From the IMG/VR virus record IMGVR_UViG_3300046692_000582: DNA of 64,000 bases; one strand, written 5' to 3'. The stretch's first letter is position 1; each line of letters begins with the position of its first letter. Below are positions 59,099-64,000 of this stretch, one piece after another. Position numbers and translations under genes: made by a program. The notes below the pieces were generated by a model. It searched no databases and was not told where the DNA came from. It worked only from the letters and a program-made list of their open reading frames with translations. The stretch comes from an uncultured virus (IMG/VR IMGVR_UViG_3300046692_000582) (taxonomy: Duplodnaviria > Heunggongvirae > Uroviricota > Caudoviricetes).

Positions 59099-59235
59099 GG
59101 CTTTTCCCTGATGGTGATTTTGTACTGCTCAGTGGCAGCATTTAGTTGGAATTATAGTTATTTATTGTACAAAAATCAATATTTAAATACAAAAAAGAGC
59201 GCTTTGTTTGCGCCCTTTCTATGAACTGTTAATAA

Positions 59236-59793
59236 TTAGTCGGCTTTAGGAATGCCGTACTCGGCCATCAGTTCGTGGGTGTAGGACTCTACCCATTCTG
59301 GCACATCGAAATTGCAGCACAGTTCATACCACTCATCCTTGGACATCCGAAGAACTGTAGGCATCCACACGCTTTTGCCATCAGCTTCGCAATGAGTGTA
59401 CTCAAAGGGCATCGAGTCCCAGTACATGCCGTAGGAGCGAACAGCATCGGCAATGTCTCTGGAAAGACGAAACAGCCCGCCACACAGGGCGTCGTAGCCG
59501 ATGTCTTCATGCTTTTCTTCGTCAAAATCTTCGGGAAGATTTCGTTCCCACAGACTCATGCGATGCATGATAAAGCCTTCTGTGATGCACCATGCTTGTT
59601 TCAGGTGCTCAGAAGATGGCGACGCTTCCCGGATAATGGCAACGGCTTCTTCGGTGGTTTCTTTGCCGGTTAGTCTGAGTGAAAGGTGCAGGGCGTTGAG
59701 GATTTCCTGAATGGCAAGCAGGTTCTTATCGCCGCCTGGGACCGACTTAAGCGCGCTCAATGCATCCGTCATGGTGTTCAGGGTAATCGTCAT
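59236..59793 (-). CDS. paralogue family E member 3
   Basis: same motif set plus N-terminal extension. Confidence 0.8.
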   Translation of the reverse strand: MTITLNTMTDALSALKSVPGGDKNLLAIQEILNALHLSLRLTGKETTEEAVAIIREASPSSEHLKQAWCITEGFIMHRMSLWERNLPEDFDEEKHEDIGYDALCGGLFRLSRDIADAVRSYGMYWDSMPFEYTHCEADGKSVWMPTVLRMSKDEWYELCCNFDVPEWVESYTHELMAEYGIPKAD

Positions 59794-59942
59794 AATCTGC
59801 GCCTTTGCTTTTCTGAGATGATGGCTAATTTTATAGTGATCTTGTACAAATGTCAATTGCACAATCAAATTCAAGCTTGGTTACCCAAGCATTCGCCGAG
59901 TGCTGTCTCTTTGGTCGCTCTCTGGAATGTCTGCTTGGCCGC

Positions 59943-60269
59943 TTAAACGTAGGACTCCAGGTACGCAATTTCGCGCTCAATGTATTTTACCGCGCTTTCG
60001 CTTAGGCCTTGTTCACGTGCGAAAGCCACGATCTTGGGTTTGAGTTCAATCGCTAGATGCTTGGCGGCAATGTATTCGCGATTGTGTCGGCACTTGCCAT
60101 CCTCGGCCACTGCTTTGAAATTTGGAGAGTAGCTGTAGCTACGGCCACAATCAAATTCGAGCTTCTCGTTCCATTCGCCACTGCTATGTCGGCTTCCAAT
60201 GGCTCGGTTACGCACACTGTCGCTATTGCACGCGTCACAGCGAGTGATGTTCATCAGATGCTTTTGCAT
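59943..60269 (-). CDS. hypothetical zinc-ribbon protein
   Basis: CDAC..H..G.WNE..F.CG; GAGG RBS. Confidence 0.65.
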   Translation of the reverse strand: MQKHLMNITRCDACNSDSVRNRAIGSRHSSGEWNEKLEFDCGRSYSYSPNFKAVAEDGKCRHNREYIAAKHLAIELKPKIVAFAREQGLSESAVKYIEREIAYLESYV

Positions 60270-60302
60270 GATCTTTTCCTCTGGCCGCTAATAATCGGCA
60301 AT

Positions 60303-60662
60303 TCAGTCGCGAAAGGTTCGGAAATCTTCTTCCCAGGGCATATCTGTAGCGGCAAGCATGGTGCTAAAGCGCAACTGCCATTCAGCCACATGTTTTCGGT
60401 ACTCAGCTGCCAAGAGGGCTTTGGCCTCTTCCAGCCGATGCTCTTCGCAATAGGTATAGCGCGATGGCTGAATTTCAACAGTCGCTGTTTGGACTGCCAT
60501 CAGCTCAGAAACCTTGATTTGAGAGCCGGATTCGAGCTTGAAGACCTTCTTCATCAGGTTGGCGCGATAAGGGGTGATGCGGCACACCCAGTTTTTGTCG
60601 TTGCTGATATCGCAACCAACGCGAACATGAAACAGGGTGTGCGAATAGTGTTCGGTGCTCAT
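60303..60662 (-). CDS. hypothetical protein
   Basis: GAGG RBS. Confidence 0.6.
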   Translation of the reverse strand: MSTEHYSHTLFHVRVGCDISNDKNWVCRITPYRANLMKKVFKLESGSQIKVSELMAVQTATVEIQPSRYTYCEEHRLEEAKALLAAEYRKHVAEWQLRFSTMLAATDMPWEEDFRTFRD

Positions 60663-60734
60663 TGAGCTGGCCTCATTAATTCATTTTTTGAAGGGGTGCG
60701 TATTTTACTGAAGCCAGTTCAGTATGGCGCGTTA

Positions 60735-61082
60735 TCAGCCATGATAAGCGCAAGGATCGCCAGTTCCGTTATTGCAGTGTTGGCATTCTTCAGTCTCCGC
60801 GAAGTCGGCAGCCAAATTCCAGCCATCTTTCCAGCAGCTGGCCAGCAGCGCATATCGCGCCAGAAGCTTTGGCGCATCGTCATGGCGCTCATCGGCTTGG
60901 TAGGCGGCATAACCGCTCATGCGCGCACTGTCCATTGCGTTGTACAGCAGGTCTGAATCATCCAATATCAAAGATTTTTCGTAATCGCCACGGGCCGTCA
61001 ATGCGTCATCCAAAGCCTTGGCCAACGCATACTGTAGGCGCAACGCCTGAGGAAATGGCGACGTTTGAATGAAGTTATTCAT
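60735..61082 (-). CDS. hypothetical protein
   Basis: C-term CQHC..GDPCAYHG. Confidence 0.6.
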   Translation of the reverse strand: MNNFIQTSPFPQALRLQYALAKALDDALTARGDYEKSLILDDSDLLYNAMDSARMSGYAAYQADERHDDAPKLLARYALLASCWKDGWNLAADFAETEECQHCNNGTGDPCAYHG

Positions 61083-61199
61083 GAGCACCCTCGCCTATGT
61101 TTGTTGAAGGAAGCGCAAAAAAGATCGCATCAGCCTTTCGATGCAATCATCATAATAAACAATGAATAATGTGTCAATCACACAAACCATTAAAATTTG

Positions 61200-61490
61200 T
61201 TAGCTGCGTTGCACCCGATCATTGATTACAAAACGAATGATGGCCTTGACGTCATCGGTACAATTCTGGAAAGACAGTTTAGAAAGAACTTTCCGACCAT
61301 GAACAATCACCAGCTGGCCCACTAGCTCGTCCAGAAAGCCTTGAGTGGCGTCAATCCCGGCAAAGTCCAGGGTAACGGCGTAATTCGCCTTCAGCAAGCG
61401 CTCAGCCTGCTCCCTGAATGGCGTAGCGCTGGCACGCATGCCCAATGTGCGCACTCCATCAGGAGCCGTCAAAATAATCGTGGTTTTCAT
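61200..61490 (-). CDS. STAS-like domain protein (DUF4325)
   Basis: LGMR.SA..FR, VTLDFAGI.ATQGFLDELVG, LSFQN; GGAGG RBS. Confidence 0.85.
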   Translation of the reverse strand: MKTTIILTAPDGVRTLGMRASATPFREQAERLLKANYAVTLDFAGIDATQGFLDELVGQLVIVHGRKVLSKLSFQNCTDDVKAIIRFVINDRVQRS

Positions 61491-61529
61491 GAGCACCTCC
61501 TGTGGAATGCGCTGTTGAGAATATCAGTG

Positions 61530-62141
61530 TCAGGCGCGATGGCCTTGAGCTTCAAACCACGCCCCTGCTGAGTTCAGTGTTACGGACAGAAACTGACCTT
61601 CGCGAGTCTTGATGATCAGTGTGGTCACGATGGGACCATTGGTGCGATCTTGGTCAATGACTTCATGGCTTACGTGCTCGATGGTAAAGCCGAGAATGCT
61701 CGCCGATGGGATTGCAGGCTGATCAGTAACTACATGCCAGTGGCCATTCGAATCTTTTTGGGCCGGGAATGCATCAAGGTTGTCCGGTAGCGAGAAAATA
61801 ACCCGCTGATCATCCTTGATCGCAATCAGTGTGCGATAGGCCTCAGTGTCCGGGACGGCGCTGGCATGCAGCTCAGGGATTTTGACGATGATCTGCTCGC
61901 CATTGGCCTGTTTGCTGTTGCTCACGCTGTAGCACAGCTGATTATTTGAGTAGGCGATGTGATGCACGTTGTACACGTTGCCCGGCTCAAGCGTTTCTGT
62001 TTTGCCGCTCGGCGTGCAGCCAAAAGCTCGGCGGTGAACCAGCACCTTGTCATAGATAAAGGCTTTCAGGCCTTTTTCAGAGGCTTGGCGCAGTTCTGAC
62101 TCCAGGCGTTTGACCAGCTCTACTACCGTGTCTTTTGGCAT
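61530..62141 (-). CDS. hypothetical protein
   Basis: AAGGA RBS. Confidence 0.65.
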   Translation of the reverse strand: MPKDTVVELVKRLESELRQASEKGLKAFIYDKVLVHRRAFGCTPSGKTETLEPGNVYNVHHIAYSNNQLCYSVSNSKQANGEQIIVKIPELHASAVPDTEAYRTLIAIKDDQRVIFSLPDNLDAFPAQKDSNGHWHVVTDQPAIPSASILGFTIEHVSHEVIDQDRTNGPIVTTLIIKTREGQFLSVTLNSAGAWFEAQGHRA

Positions 62142-62188
62142 TGCAGTGTCCTTTCTGTTGGCGGATGGCGATTCAGTTGAGAATCAGC

Positions 62189-62425
62189 TCAGTCGAGATA
62201 GTTACAGATTTTGTCTTGCAGGGGCTCGAAAAGGTTACGGAAGCCGCTGTCGCAGAACACTTCATTCAACAGTTCCCTCGCCATGCTGTTTTGCGATTCG
62301 AGTTGGCGGATCCGCTAAGCCATCACAGCAACGTCATCCGTCGCCGGGGCTTTTTCGATATTTCTCAGCGCGGTATCGGTGCGCCCCATAGTCGCCTCGT
62401 GGTGGCGCAGGTCTTCAGGGTTCAT
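62189..62425 (-). pseudogene. small ORF interrupted by in-frame TAG
   Basis: ATG 62425 to TGA 62189 with a single TAG at 62315-62317. Confidence 0.4.
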
Positions 62426-62757
62426 TTCGGCAATTCCGTGAGGTGAGGTTATGCTGCGCAAAGCTTGAGGAACTTCCAAGCCTCAAACCTCGTGAAAATC
62501 ATCAGAGCCCTTTGTGTAAGGCAGTTCGTATACCCGACCGGTTTCGGACACCAGCACGATGTCGTGCGATACGGTAAAGCCGAGGCACAGGTACTCACCC
62601 AGGCACTTAAACTCGCCTTGTCCGACCTGTTTTTCGATTTCGTCCAGCCGGATTTGCAGCGAGGCCGTAATGGGAAGGCCAATTTGGTATTTGCTGATTA
62701 GCGGCATTGGATGGCTCCAGATTTGAATGGAAAAGGCCGGATTGCTCCGGCCCTTCA

Positions 62758-63396
62758 CTACACCTTATCCCGTGGGTCTGCATCTGGATTCCAGACGATC
62801 CCAAAGTCCTTGCGTCGTACCTTGGCGACCCTTCCATCCGGGTGGTGAAACACCAACCCTTCTTCCTCGTGGCGAATTAGCCACTCGCGGATCGCACTGT
62901 ACGAACGCTCAAGTTCCACTGTATCGGCGCCATGGCGGTGCAGCTCATGGCGCTCCAGCCCGTGCGGGTTGAGGCGCACTTTAGGGCCTACCAGCTCGTA
63001 AGTCCCATCTTCCAAGTCGCCAGCATGAGCAAGCGCCTCAAGATGGAGATGGTCAGCTGGATCCCCTTCCCTTACCGGAACCCAACCGGGCCAATGGCCG
63101 GTCTTTTTGTCCGGTGCCGCTTCGCACGGCTCCCATCCTTCTGCGGCTTCCTTGAACATAGCCTCGGTAATCGCCATGTCAGGGTTACGCTTGAAGGAGA
63201 ACAGATGGTGCTTGGACATCTTGCGGGCCATTCGTTTGAACAACCGACCATGTCGCACCATCGCAGCGGAACCGTCTCTTTTGATCGAGGCGATGCCTTC
63301 CCCAGCCAGTACCCACTCGCACCCAGGAACTGGAATGCTGGTGGCCAAGCTGCCGTTTTCACGGTCAATTACAAAAACAGTCTTCATCTTTTTCAT
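62758..63396 (-). CDS. RNA ligase-like nucleotidyltransferase (DUF5565-type)
   Basis: KRDGS, GHWPGWVP, GTYELVGPKV, EGLVF, AKVRRKDFG. Confidence 0.75.
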   Translation of the reverse strand: MKKMKTVFVIDRENGSLATSIPVPGCEWVLAGEGIASIKRDGSAAMVRHGRLFKRMARKMSKHHLFSFKRNPDMAITEAMFKEAAEGWEPCEAAPDKKTGHWPGWVPVREGDPADHLHLEALAHAGDLEDGTYELVGPKVRLNPHGLERHELHRHGADTVELERSYSAIREWLIRHEEEGLVFHHPDGRVAKVRRKDFGIVWNPDADPRDKV

Positions 63397-64000
63397 CGGT
63401 GTATCACCTTGGATAATTGGGTAGTTTTCGATTCCGACCCAGTCACCAATCGCTGATGAGGCGATGAATTGATAATATCTAAGCGCCAACGAGATGTCAA
63501 CAGGATAAACCATTTTTAATTTAGATTTCGTGCCTGCCTAAAGCATCAGGGTTCGTTCTTTAGGGCTCCTTGGCTTTTTCGACTTTTGGATCGAAATTCC
63601 GGAGGACGTCAGGACGCAAATCAAAAGCCTGATGTTCTTCCCAAGTGACTTCTTTGTAACCCATGCCTAGGGCTTCCAGGGCATCCTTGGTTTGATTTAC
63701 AGTGAGTCGGGCGCGGTGCCGTTCGTGAATAAAAAATCGCTCGGACATTTTGCACTCCGCAAAAAGGATAAAGGGATTTTGATGGGATGGATCTGGATTG
63801 ATGCAACGAGTGTTGCACCTCGCCAAACCGTTGGAATTAATGAGTTCCCTTACTTGCGCAGCGTCATTCCGGAAGCAGAACTCACATACGACCGGACACA
63901 CTGGCACTGCGCAAGCTCGCCTGAAGACCATCTCGGGCAATCGCCCCACCAATCGCTTGGTGGCCATTCTTTAAATTCGGGAGTTCCAAACTTACCCCAC

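Noticed and set aside
62189..62425. TAG stop-codon reassignment in this replicon
   Set aside because: Only one case seen; many intact genes end in TAG and coding density is normal under the standard code.

Overview
Gene-dense accessory region with mostly short hypothetical ORFs in small transcription units, each with near-consensus sigma70 promoters and intrinsic terminators. It has no housekeeping operon, phage structural gene, transposase, CRISPR array or rRNA. A Pseudomonas-type tRNA-Asn and PtrA-like genes point to a large Pseudomonas mobile replicon (megaplasmid most likely; jumbo phage not excluded). Recognisable cargo: two unrelated RNA ligases, CinA/PncC, a SpoT-type HD hydrolase, an ImmA/IrrE-like protein lacking its catalytic Glu, a YbdG-type MscS channel, a glycosyltransferase-like protein, and a Sec-signal nuclease toxin with a SUKH-like immunity gene. 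Unexplained structure seen directly in the sequence: (1) a palindromic TGTCA-N7-TGACA operator overlapping the -35 box of about 18 promoters; (2) a 7-member dispersed paralogue family largely under that operator; (3) six tandem PtrA-like cassettes, five with a conserved leader and terminator; (4) two stand-alone structured ncRNA candidates flanking the tRNA plus three structured leaders; (5) two tandem 20-22 bp inverted-repeat elements beside a ParB-N-only gene. All family calls come from motif recognition by eye, not database searches.
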